A stretch of 64,000 bases of DNA. Origin: Octopus sinensis. Lineage: Eukaryota. A program made the translations under genes and the position numbers. Position 1 is the first letter of the stretch, and the number at the start of each line of letters is the position of its first letter. Below the pieces are notes generated by a model that made no database searches, was not told the origin of the DNA, and saw only the letters and a list, made by a program, of their open reading frames with translations. This document shows, one piece after another, positions 1 to 12,942 of this stretch. Location: contig NW_021833033.1 in the NCBI RefSeq assembly GCF_006345805.1, forward strand, positions 22,291 to 86,290, written 5' to 3'.

Positions 1-43
1 ATTGGAGTAGACAGACACACAACCTTTCTTTTATATATAAAGA
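1..43 (-). mobile_element. 5' end of a non-autonomous Helitron-like element, truncated by the window edge
   Basis: GGAGTAGACAGACACACAACC..TTTTATATATAAAGA matches the terminus of the complete copy at 51155-51543; on the minus strand it reads A|TC. Confidence 0.65.
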
Positions 44-336
44 TATATAACCATCCTCATCATATTCCTCATCATTGTCGTCCTCATCAACGCAATAACT
101 CTAACAGCAAAAAGAAAAACAACGACAATAATGGCTTCAAATCTTGACCCAAGGCCAATTAGTTCGAGTGAGGCGCAAAATCGATTACCTCGACCACAGT
201 GCCGAACTGGTATTTATTTTATTCGTCTCGAAAGGATGAAAGGTATAGGAGACCTCGGCAGGAATTCGGTCAGTTTTCTTTTAGTGCCGAGGTCTACTAT
301 ACCTTTCATCCTTCCGAGACGAATAAAATAGATACC

Positions 337-568
337 TATTTCTTTATTACCCACAAGGGGATAAACATAGAGGGGACAAATATGGACAGACATAGGTATT
401 AAGTCGATTACATCGACCCCAGTGCGTAACTGGTACTTTAATTTATCGACCCCGAAAGGATGAAAGGCAAAGTCGACCTCGGCGGAATTTGAACTCAGAA
501 CGTAACGGCAGACAAAATACCGCAAAGCATTTCGCCCGGCGTGTTAACGTTTCTGCCAGCTCGCCGCC
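337..568 (-). mobile_element. Full-length tRNA-derived SINE (family A) with 13-bp target-site duplication
   Basis: Minus-strand head GGCGGCGAGCTGGCAG..GAGTTCAAATTCC, core GTCGACTTTGCCTTTCATCC, tail ..GGGTAATAAAGAAATA; direct repeat TAAAATAGATACC at 324-336 and 569-581. Confidence 0.85.
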
Positions 569-821
569 TAAAATAGATACCAGTGTGGCACTGGGGTCGA
601 AGTACTCGATTTTGTGCCTCACTCGAACTAATTGGCCTTGGGTCAAAATTTGAAGCCATTATTGTCGTTGTTTTTCTTTTTGCTGTTAGAGTTATCACGT
701 TGATGAGGACGACAATAATGAGGAAGGAATATGGTGAGGATGGTTGTGGTAGCATTGGTGAATGGGGAGAAGGAGGAGGGAGAGGAAGTGGAGAAGGGGA
801 AGAAAAAGAAGAAGAAAAAGA

Positions 822-986
822 TGATGACGATGATGATGATGACGACGACGACAATGATGATGATAATAACAAGGAAGGGAAAGGAGGAGAAGAAGAAGAA
901 GAAGAACAACAACAACAACAACAACAACAACTAGGAGGAGGTGGGACTCATGACGATGATGACGTCGACGACGACGATGATGATGA

Positions 987-1025
<39 letters not shown>

Positions 1026-1188
1026 TGATGATGATGATGATGACGACGACGATGACGACGACGACGATGATGATGATGATGATGACGACGACGACGACGA
1101 CGACGACGATGATGATGATGATGATGATGATGATGACGACGACGACGACGACGACGATGATGATGATGATGATGACGACGACGACGAC

Positions 1189-1220
<32 letters not shown>

Positions 1221-1330
1221 CGACGACGACGACGACGACGACGATGATGTTGATAATGATGATTTTGACGACGCTGACGATAATGATGATGATGATGACG
1301 ATAATGCTGATGATGATGACGATGACGATT
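822..1330. repeat. Compound (GAT/GAC)n, (GAA)n, (CAA)n trinucleotide microsatellite
   Basis: About 370 bp of uninterrupted GAT/GAC at 951-1327; source of the poly-Asp/Ser/His ORFs. Confidence 0.9.
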
Positions 1331-1509
1331 CAAGACAGTGGAACTGGAAAAAAAAAAAGTGGAATAAGCAGCCAGAAAGGCAACAGAAGCAGAAAGTAGA
1401 TCGGAAAGAGGAAAATAAACAAACACGGGAAATATTGGCAGACCTGCAGCAAATACAAGAATAAGGCATAAAAACACCAGTAAATACATGACATAGGTAG
1501 ACTACAAAG

Positions 1510-2040
<531 letters not shown>

Positions 2041-2758
2041 GCTTTGAAAAATATACATAAAATAAACAAATATTTAGACAGGGACGTCGAGATATGTTTA
2101 CAGATATTCTGGAACAGACGAATGTACACACACACTTATATATATACACTAAAATAGAATATATACAAAAATATACCAAATATCAAAGGCGCAGAGACTC
2201 GCAGATATACATTATTAGAGACAGCCAAAAGCATACACACGTAACTATAATCACACATGTATATGAATGCAAATTGTATTGCACAGAACAATGTGTATGT
2301 GTATGCATGTGTGTGTGTGTTTACAGATATAGATATGGAGATAAGTGTATATTTATACATATCTGCATGTTTCATACACACACACACACACACACACCAC
2401 AACACACACATGCGTCTGTGTCTCGGTGTACACATATAAGTATACAAAAATATGAAGTAAACAAACACGATTTGGAAATCCTAAATCTACAAAGATATAT
2501 TAAAAGTAAGCGAGCAAATACCAAAATACTTTAACGAAGAAAAATAGACAAACGACTGGGAAAATATATACGTAAGTATACTGAAAAAAAAAACATCAAG
2601 GTATATATAGGTATATATTATATATATACACATGCAAATATACACAAATACACAAATACATACCTGTACATATATATGTGTATATATATGTTATATATAA
2701 TATATATATATATATATTATATATATATATCTATATATATATATATAATACACAAATG

Positions 2759-2800
<42 letters not shown>

Positions 2801-2933
2801 TTGTATGTATGTATGTATATAAAGTTTTGTCTTTATGTATGTATTCTCACAAAGTTTTACAGATATTATGAAAACACAAAATTTACAAATACACACCACA
2901 ATAAACTGAACAATCATATTAATAAAAATGCAG

Positions 2934-2964
<31 letters not shown>

Positions 2965-3952
2965 ATAAATAAATGTAATGTTGCTGTCATATCCATGTTA
3001 AATACATTTTATACGCATGTAATACGCGAGCAATACGGCGGAAACATATAAATATTGCAGATTTCATACCAATACATTATGTATTAACTATAATATTTAG
3101 TTACCTGTATATAATGTCCAAACTATTATTGAATTTACAACCCTTATACGCATATATATAATCCCATATACACACACACAAATCACACAGACACATACGC
3201 AAGCACGCACCGCCATATATGTGTGTGTTTATGCTTAAGGGAGATAATCATTTCTTCCGTAGTATTCGGCAGGATTAGAAGTTTAACATGAAGGAATTAG
3301 AAGGTAAGCGCATAGACCATACGGATTTAATCTTTACTGTATTACTTTTCTTCTTCCCTGCGTATTATGAAGGTCTTGGATTTTCTTCCCAGTGGTAAAC
3401 ATGTACTGCATCATTTGATTCTCTTTAGATATCATCGGCTTGACATAACCTGACATATAAATTAAAGATTTAATGATTCGTCACTTCTCTTATAATTTGA
3501 AACTAAATTCCGTCTGGAAGAAATTCACGGACGGTGTGTTTTTCTTATCTTTCCTTTTGCCTCTATTTCTTCATCGAGCGTTAGTATTTACCAATCGTGA
3601 GAGAAAAGAAAGTTCATGGTATCTATACACAGAGTGAATGTTTCCAGACAGTTCTACCTTACAAAGTGTTCTTATCATAGCAAATATTTTAGTGTAAACA
3701 ACAAGCGAAATTTACGAGTCATTTTCGGTATCTTCTTTCGGGAGCAGGTATTGGATTCAGGCTACTATTTCATAGTAGCAAACCATTGTTATATAGTGCA
3801 AACAACTTCTCTTTGAAAAGATAACACCAAAACCATTCATCAACTCTCTGGTTCCAGCTTGACTCTAAGACAAAATGAAACAATTCCTTAAGATAATCTC
3901 TAACGAATCTCATAGAAAAAGGAATAAAATTTCGAGATATTCGTTTCGAATT

Positions 3953-4153
3953 TTGGCACCAGACCAGCAATTTTGAGGGAAAGGTAAGTCTATTATATTG
4001 ACCCCAGTGCACAACTGGTACTTATTTTATTGAATCTGAAAGGGTGAAAGGCAAAGTCGACTTCTGCGGAATTTGAACTCCAAACCCGAAAACGGACGAA
4101 ATGCCGCTTCGCAATTCCCCCCACCTGCTAGCGATTCTGTTAGCTCACCGGCT
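3953..4153 (-). mobile_element. Diverged SINE family A copy
   Basis: Contains GAAAGGCAAAGTCGAC..GGAATTTGAACTC, the reverse complement of the family core and B box. Confidence 0.75.
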
Positions 4154-4234
4154 TCACAATTTCAAGATGTTAAGAAATAGTTTCAAATGAAGTATAATTG
4201 TTCTGTATGGTGAATGAAATCTTTATTTACATGG

Positions 4235-4440
4235 TTCCGGGTCCTCCTCCCACTGCGTGGCACCCTTCCTTTTGAATGGTAAGCCAGTCCATCGTAGGCC
4301 GACCTATTTATAGCTGAGTGGACTGGAGGAATGTGAAATCTCTTTAAAGACAGTGCTCGACAACACAACATTTCGCCGGCCTTGGAGTCGAACCCACGAT
4401 CTTGTAATCGCGAATGCAATCCTCTAACTGTTGGCTATGC
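4235..4440 (-). mobile_element. Diverged tRNA-derived SINE
   Basis: Minus strand shows a tRNA-like head (GGTTCGACTCC B box) followed by CCAGTCCACTCAGCT, as in the copy at 63568. Confidence 0.55.
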
Positions 4441-6649
4441 ATTTTCACACACACACATACAAATATGCCCCACCGTATACATATTCACACCCACACACAC
4501 ACACACATATACACACACACGTATAGGAATATGTTCATGCTATGTGGTTGTATGGTAGATCCATTTAGTTCGGTTGTCGTTCATATTTTCAATTAGTTAA
4601 AAGGAACTTCCACAAATGTCTATTTTTTAAAAATTTCTCTGATCTTATACTTAAATTGTCAACAACCTTGTTAAGATTCATAAGTATTAGATTTTTCAGA
4701 ATTATGTAGTTCATAAGACTTGCTTTCATTTATATATGGCTTTCATCTTTCAAGAATTTTCTGTTGGATATCGAGTACAGCATCACGTTCTTTGAATACC
4801 CAGTCATAGTTGAACAAATTGGTTCATTATTCTTTTCTATTTCTGAAGGAGGAAGTTATGATTCAAATAGTTTTAGATTTAGCTTTTGGTCCTCCTGCCC
4901 TGCTTAGCACATTGCGCGGCAAGTTTCCTTTACCTAGAAGCAGCTTGCCGCCCCTCCGCTCGGCTGCTCCTCGCACACATCTTTTCTACTTAAGACTGTC
5001 TTTATCTTGCAACGTTTGCCGCCAAGTAAGTTTCGGCAGCGGAATTCTGGTTTAAGCACTCCATATAACCCTTCATACCGTTTTTACTTCGTGGAATTTT
5101 GAGAAAATTTTTGCGAATTTGTATTTTACATACAGGAATTCATAAGATTATGAAAAATATCCCATAATTTTTACTGTGTGATATAAGGGCAATTTAGCTG
5201 TTATTTTTTGCGCATCTCACGGCCACCAGATACCTTCCTCATTTCTTTGACACTCTGAAATATATTGATATTTTTCAATATTCCTCTCCTCCAAAACATT
5301 CAATGGTTCATTGCTGGGATTGAGGTAAAATTTCGGAATGCCCTTATTTTAAACTCTGATTTTAAAGAATTCGAAAGAGTGAAAATTTTAGGATATATGA
5401 GGGGTGGGAGTGGAGTGGGTATAAAATAACTTTGAAAAAAGAAAAATTGTTTTCATAATCGTATGAATTCTTTTTGAACTCATAATATTCTGTACGTGTA
5501 TACTGAACTTTTTTAATAATTCCTTCTGGAAATTATCTTGAGAATGTATAATATATTTGTTGTAATCTTTTGCGCCCATTATTTCAATGAGCTTGTTAAA
5601 CTTTTTTATATTCTCAACATGCTCTTGTCACCAAAGAATGTATATCTATATGGATTGTAGTACTCTGTGTCAACCAATATTCTGTGCATGTTTGAATATA
5701 CAGATACAATACCAATACCAATATCAATTCCTTCTGGAAACTATCTTAAGCACGTCCTTGAGAACGATTATTTATGTAGTAATCTTTTGTGCCCAATATT
5801 TTAAGGAACTTGTTGAACTTTTTTATGTCCTTAACATGTCCCTGTTACCAAAGACTGTATATATGTAATGTAGTAATTTGTAACAACCAATAATTAACGC
5901 AACCAAACTTCTACATGTTACTTTTGACAATCCTTTTCCAAAGAGTGAAACCGGTAAAGTAAATAAAAATTATTAAATTGCATTTTCAAACCTTCTTTCG
6001 TATATATATACATATACACATACAGTGCGAAATATGCTCAGCAAGTACCAAAAGTGATATAATATTCGACAATATGTTGAAACCAAAACGTTTGCGAATT
6101 CCCCATCGGGGTAGAGAGACATATTCTATTTTATTTCATTTTATATAAAATATTTTATATAATATAACATATAATATAAAATACAAAATATAAAGCTATA
6201 ATATCATCAGAGAATTAAATATCATGAAACAAGAGTGTGTGTGTGTGTGTTTGTGTTTGTATGTGTGTGTGTGTGTGCGTTTGTGCGTGTATGTCGAGAA
6301 AGCAAAAGTAATGTAAAGTTGTATATACTTATAGAAAGAAAACACATAAAATGAACAGTTGAGTATCTTTTAATGAAAACATATATAGAACGAAGATGGA
6401 TATCTTTGGAAGAAAAACATATAACGAAGCTGGATATCCTTCAAAACACGCGCGATGATCTTCGCCGTGATTCTCTGTATTAGCAAAGACTTGAATTAAG
6501 AGGAACTTTTTTTTTTAAAGAAGCTATATATACAACACATAATGAAGAATTTCTCTTGTAATCTTACTCCGCGAAATAGAATTTTCCTTATTTCCGTTTC
6601 TACCGGAATGTTTTCATGATGTAGCGGAAGTTAAATGTCAAATTAAAGC

Positions 6650-6734
6650 GTGTATATACATGTATGTACGTATGCATGTTATATGTATATATGTATATAT
6701 GTATATATATGTATATATATATATATATATATAT

Positions 6735-6786
<52 letters not shown>

Positions 6787-6823
6787 ATAACATATATATA
6801 CATAATATATACACATATATGTA

Positions 6824-6854
<31 letters not shown>

Positions 6855-9800
6855 CTATACACATATTATATATGTATCTATTATGCATATATATATACAT
6901 ATATATATGCATATATATACACATATATATGTATATATTATATGTATATTGCGTGTGTGTGTATATATATATGGTGGTGTATGTATTTTTATATATATTT
7001 TTTTTTTTTTTTGTGGACACACCACCCACACACACACACCAACCTACCTCCACACGCACACACCCACCCACCTACCTCCCCCCACCCACCCACCCACCTA
7101 CCTCCCACACGCCTGTTCACACACACACATACGTAGACCCATCTACGTACATACATTCACACATTTAATCACACACACTACAGACATACTACCACACACT
7201 AACATACAAACCAACATGCACATACACACACACATACATACATACGCACACACATACATACTTACACACACACACACACACAACACGACATACATACAAA
7301 CAGACACCACACACACATACATACGCACATACAATACACACACACTCACACACACACCGCACGTACACTTCACACACACACATGCAAACATACATGTAGG
7401 CACTACATACATACATACCTACACATGCACACCCTTACACTGAATGCACAACACATACACCTTTTTGCATCCAGGAGCCCCACCCTCTTTTCTGCTTTCC
7501 GGTTTTGGCTGATGGATCCTCGGCTCCCGCGTAGCGGGCGTTCGAGGGCCTTTGCGCTCGCACGCCTTGGCGGCGCGCTGGCGGCTTGGTCGGCCCCTTG
7601 GGCTTGCGTTGTACTGCTTGTGCGTTGTGTGCGTGGGCGCGCTTCGTGTGTGTGGGCTTGCTTCGGATGTGCGCGTGCGTATGTATGCATACATACCCAC
7701 ACACTCGCATGCATCCCTACCCACACATACATACACGCACACCTCTCACACACACACACACACACATACCTGCACACACACACACACATACATACATACA
7801 CAACATACCTACTTCAGACATAACACAACACAGACATACACCCATACACTCACACTCACACCGCATACACACACCACACATACACACGCACACGTACACA
7901 TACACACACACCACCTACATACATACATTACACTTGTATACACACACACTTACATTCATACACACACACACCTAAACAGCCATACCCTCACTCAGACACA
8001 CACATCTACCTACACACACACACAAACACACACGGACACACACCCATACATACATACATCTACACACACACACGCCTACACACTACATACACACATACAA
8101 TCAACACACACACACATACACATATACACACATACGCACACAACACATATACTTATACACATGCACACACACACACACATACATACATACACCCATATAC
8201 ATACACACACACATACCCACATACTCCTATACGCACATACTACACCACAGACATACACACATACACACTCACAAACAACATACACACACACATACTTACA
8301 CACACACTCACCTGCACGCGCACCACACATCTGACAAACACCCATACACTCTCACACTCACATACGCACACACCACCACATAAACACGCACACGCACACG
8401 CACACACACACCTACACTCCCACACACATACACACGCACCTACATACACACACACGCACGCATACACACGCATACACACATACTTACACACGTACACACA
8501 CACCTACATACACATGCATACACACAACACACACAAACATGCACGGACACACCCAGACATACACACATACACCTATATACCACGCCCACACACACCTACA
8601 TACACACACATATACACACACGCCCACACACCTACATACACACACATACATACACACATACACGGACACCCCATACATACTTACATACATACACCTATAT
8701 ACACCACGCCTACACACCTACATACACACACATGCATACACACACACACACATGTACGCACTTACACACACATATACGCACATACATATATACCCACACA
8801 CATGCACACAACACACACACATACGCACATGCATGCATGCATGCACACGCGCACACCTACACTCATACACACACACACACGCACGTACACATACTACATA
8901 CACACACACACGCATACATACACCCTACACATACTGCATCCTACACCACATACATACACACTCACACATACATACACACACACACACTCACTCACACACC
9001 TGTATGTACGCGCCACACACATGCACATATACACACACTTCCCCACACCCACACGTACATACATACACACTCACACACACATACACACACACACACACAC
9101 ACGGACATACATCTATGTACACACATACATACACACATACTCTCACATACATTCATCGGACACACTACTGCCACCTGGACATATACACAGACACACTCAC
9201 ACATCCACACACATACATACTTACGCACATACTCGCAGGCGCGCGCACGCACGCGCTTGCGCCGGTTCACGCACGCATACGCTCCGCAGGCCCTCGCTCT
9301 TGGACCGACAAGACCTCCGCCCGTTCCTGGGACCGTCGCGTGTCGTTGGTTTTTCCCACGCCCGCCTCCGCGGGACCACTCTTCCATCTTCCCCTCACTG
9401 GAGTCCTTTTCCTTAACCCCCTTTTTCGTTACACACACCGCGCACACATATCACACACATTGCTTAAATATATACATTACTCTTACACACATTCAATCTA
9501 CTCTACTCGCCATTTATACACAACACGACACTGGACACACACACACACTACTACTCAACACACGCTGGCACGCTACATACGCCCCCACCCTTCCCCTCCC
9601 TCCTTCCTCCTTCCTTCTTTTTCTTACTACTGACCTTTGTCTGCTAAGCTGACCACTGTCCTCGCCCTACCTCACACGCCTACACACAGACGCACACACT
9701 AACACCACATATATATTTTTTTTTGTTTTTTTTTCATCGCCTCACACACACACATACACACACGCACACGCACACACTCACACATACACACCACATCTGT
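6650..9800. repeat. About 3 kb degenerate (TA)n/(CA)n compound microsatellite with two GC-rich islands
   Basis: Read directly; islands at ~7460-7680 and ~9230-9430. Confidence 0.9.
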
Positions 9801-9819
9801 TGCGTTACCAACCTTGTCT

Positions 9820-10090
9820 CCACTCTTTTGCCTTTAAAAACCCTTTTGCTCTGTTTTCGTAAACACCGCCGCTTTCACCATGTGCACTCGTAAACACCAG
9901 TCGTCTTTTTTCTCTTTCCCTGTTGCCCGCTCTGGGATCTTTCTTTCCTCCTCTCTTCCTTTCTTTATGTTTCCGACGAAGAGCTCCGCTCGAAACGTCA
10001 TACCCTCCCTCTCCCTTTTCCTGAGCGCCTATTAATAATAATACTGTAATTGTTCCATTGTTGTTGTTTTTTTTGTTTCCCGTTTGGATT
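9820..10090 (+). mobile_element. Penelope-like terminal repeat (pLTR) with a minimal hammerhead-like motif
   Basis: Shares TATGTTTC(C/T)GACGAAGAGCTCCGCTCGAAACG..CCTGAGCG..GTTTGGATTAA with the minus-strand copy at 21690-21901; CUGANGA/GAAA arrangement typical of PLE pLTRs. Confidence 0.55.
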
Positions 10091-10198
10091 AAAATTATAT
10101 ATATATTATATATATATATATATATTATACATGTTTCTATACATATTTTATATGTAGAGCTTATACATGTATATATGTATGTGTATTGGTATATTATA

Positions 10199-10237
<39 letters not shown>

Positions 10238-10400
10238 TATATATGTATATATATATATATATAAATATACACACACTCATGCAACGAGCACACGCGTACG
10301 CACACTCACAAGAGTGTTACATTTTTCGAGTTTCAACATTACAATTTCGAACCACACAATCCTTATATATTTGCATACACAAACGAGAAGCAGACGCACC

Positions 10401-10434
<34 letters not shown>

Positions 10435-10683
10435 TATAATATATATATATATATATTATAATATATAACATATACACTAACATGAAAACATATATACGCC
10501 GTAATATAACATATATATATATACCTATCTGGAATATACATAAAAAATAAAAATACATATACAAAAAATATCAAAGGCAAGCACCCCAAGTCTAAGTGAG
10601 GTGATATATCGCTGTGTACTGGATGGAGGGAACGCTCGCCTCTCAGATAACTATATGGATATATAGGTTATATATAGATAATA

Positions 10684-10723
<40 letters not shown>

Positions 10724-10817
10724 TATATGTATGTTGTATATATATAATATCTATAATATAAATATAGATATATGAAAATAAAAAAAATGGATATATGGTA
10801 TGATATATATATATATC

Positions 10818-11075
10818 GGCGCAGGCGTTGCTTTGTGGTAAGAACCTTGCTTCCCAATCACATGATTCCGACTGCGTGCTACCTGGGGCAAGTGTCTTCA
10901 ACTATAGCCTCAGGTAGACCAAAACTTTGCTAATGGATTTGGTAGGCGAAAACTGAAAGAAGCCCGTCATATATATGCGTATATGTATATATCTACGAAT
11001 GCAACTTTGTGTCTGTGTTTGTTCCCTCTCCTACCGCTTGACAAACTGGTATTGGTGTGTTCAAATCCTCGTAAC
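10818..11075 (+). mobile_element. SINE family B, 5' part
   Basis: GGCGCAGG..GTGGTAAG..GGGCAAGTGTCTTC..GGATTTGGTAG..AACTGAAAGAAGCCCGTC, matching 50308-50730. Confidence 0.8.
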
Positions 11076-11095
11076 AGCCCACAGTGAGGCTCAGA

Positions 11096-11222
11096 CGATT
11101 CTGGCGTAGCAAAGGTCGACATCCGAAACTTTCGCCAAAAGGACCCCTTGTGCAAAAGATGGTCATGATGATCTCAGTTTGGTGGGATTGCCGTGGTGTG
11201 ATCATGTTGGATCTCCTCCCAT
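11096..11222 (+). pseudogene. Mariner transposase fragment (catalytic domain, after the first Asp)
   Basis: Translates to RFWRSKGRHPKLSPKGPLVQKMVMMISVWWDCRGVIMLDLLP, resembling the mariner KVMLSVWWDxxGVIxxELLP motif. Confidence 0.6.
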
Positions 11223-11259
11223 GCATATATATTTTTGATTTTTGATTTTTCCAGTTTCA

Positions 11260-11372
11260 GCTGCGGCCATGCTGCGGCCATGCTGCGGCCATGCTGCGGC
11301 CATGCTGCGGCCATGCTGCGGCCATGCTGCGGCCATGCTTCGGCCATGCTGCGGCCATGCTGGGGCACCGCC
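11260..11372 (+). repeat. 11-bp minisatellite (GCTGCGGCCAT)n, about 9 copies
   Basis: Tandem copies running into GCTGGGGCACCGCC, a motif found once in other interspersed repeats in this window. Confidence 0.9.
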
Positions 11373-11520
11373 GTTTGGTTTGCTACAGGATTTTACCTCA
11401 CGAATGCTTTTTAGCAACTGCCATTTGGTGCATGAGAGAGTTCGATGCAGCTGCCCTCATCTGCACCTCCTGCCGTGAAGTTGGTTCATCCGGGACACCT
11501 GACAGGAAGAGATCCAGTCC

Positions 11521-11544
<24 letters not shown>

Positions 11545-11551
<7 letters not shown>

Positions 11552-12925
11552 TTAATAAGGGTGAGAGAATTAGATACTAATTTAATAGTATACCTATTCA
11601 ACAGCAAGTGGCCCAGTGCCCCGAGAAACCTGGATTATTATAATATTTTATAACATATAATATTTTATACAAAAATAAATATAAGAGAGTGGTCACTATG
11701 TGACTCACTCTAGCACTAGTAAATCCAAAAGGTTTCAACCACAAAAATACATGTTTCCAATGAAAGTCAGTACGATTGTTAGCTCACACGAACAGGGCAA
11801 ATAAAAAATAACAAAAATACAGATTATTTTGGGACAATTGTTTCGCTATTAATGAATTAAATGTAATTTTACTCACAAAAAACTCACTTGTAGCTCCTCA
11901 GCCAAAACTATCTGGATGAAATCCACTCAATCACACGCCAGATTTTACCATAACGATAAATACACGTGTGGTTCAATTGATTACATCCGACGTTATAATT
12001 CAAGTGCCCCTACCAACAGCGCGCCAAACCTTCACGGAAACAAATACTACTTTTAGAAATAAATGTAGCATAATTATAATTAATTAATAAGGGTGAGAGA
12101 ATTAGATACTAATTTAATAGTATACCTATTCAACACCATGTGGCCCAGTGCCCCGAGAAACCTGGATTATTATAATATTTTATAACATATAATATTTTAT
12201 ACAAAAATAAATATAAGAGAGTGGTCACTATGTGGCTCACTCTAGCACTAGTAAATCCAAAAGGTTTCAACCACAAAAATACATGTTTCCCATGAAAGTC
12301 AGTACGATTGTTAGCTCACACGAACAGGGCAAATAAAAAATAACAAAAATACAGATTATTTTGGGACAATTGTTTCGCTATTAATGAATTAAATGTAATT
12401 TTACTCACAAAAAACTCACTTGTAGCTCCTCAGCCAAAACTATCTGGATGAAATCCACTCAATCACACGCCAGATTTTACCATAACGATAAATACACGTG
12501 TGGTTCAATGATTACATCCGACGTTATAATTCAAGTGCCCCTACCAACAGCGCGCCAAACCTTCACGGAAACAAATACTACATTTAGAAATAAATGTAGC
12601 ATATTATAATTAATTAATAAGGGTGAGAGAATTAGATACTATTTAATAGTATACCTATTCAACACCAAGTGGCCAGTGCCCCGAGAAACCTGGATCATTA
12701 TAATATTTTATAACATATTATAATATTTTGTACAAAAATAAATAAGAGAGTGGTCACTATGTGGCTCACTCTAGCACTAGTAAATCCAAAAGGTTTCAAC
12801 CACAAAAATACATGTTTCCCATGAAAGTCAGTACGATTGTTAGCTCACACGAACAGGGCAAATAAAAAATAACAAAAATACAGATTATTTTGGGACAATT
12901 GTTTCGCTATTAATGAATTAAATGT
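11545..12925. repeat. Tandem array of a ~531-bp unit, about 2.6 copies
   Basis: TAATTAATTAATAAGGGTGAGAG recurs with GGG at 11559, 12091 and 12621; the units are near-identical. Confidence 0.95.
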
Positions 12926-12942
12926 ATATTCTATATATATAA

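Noticed and set aside
583-1464. 293-aa poly-Asp ORF resembling acidic biomineralisation proteins (aspein-like)
   Set aside because: It starts inside a SINE-derived palindrome arm; GAC/GAT mixing is explained by CpG deamination of a microsatellite; no signal peptide or splice support is visible.
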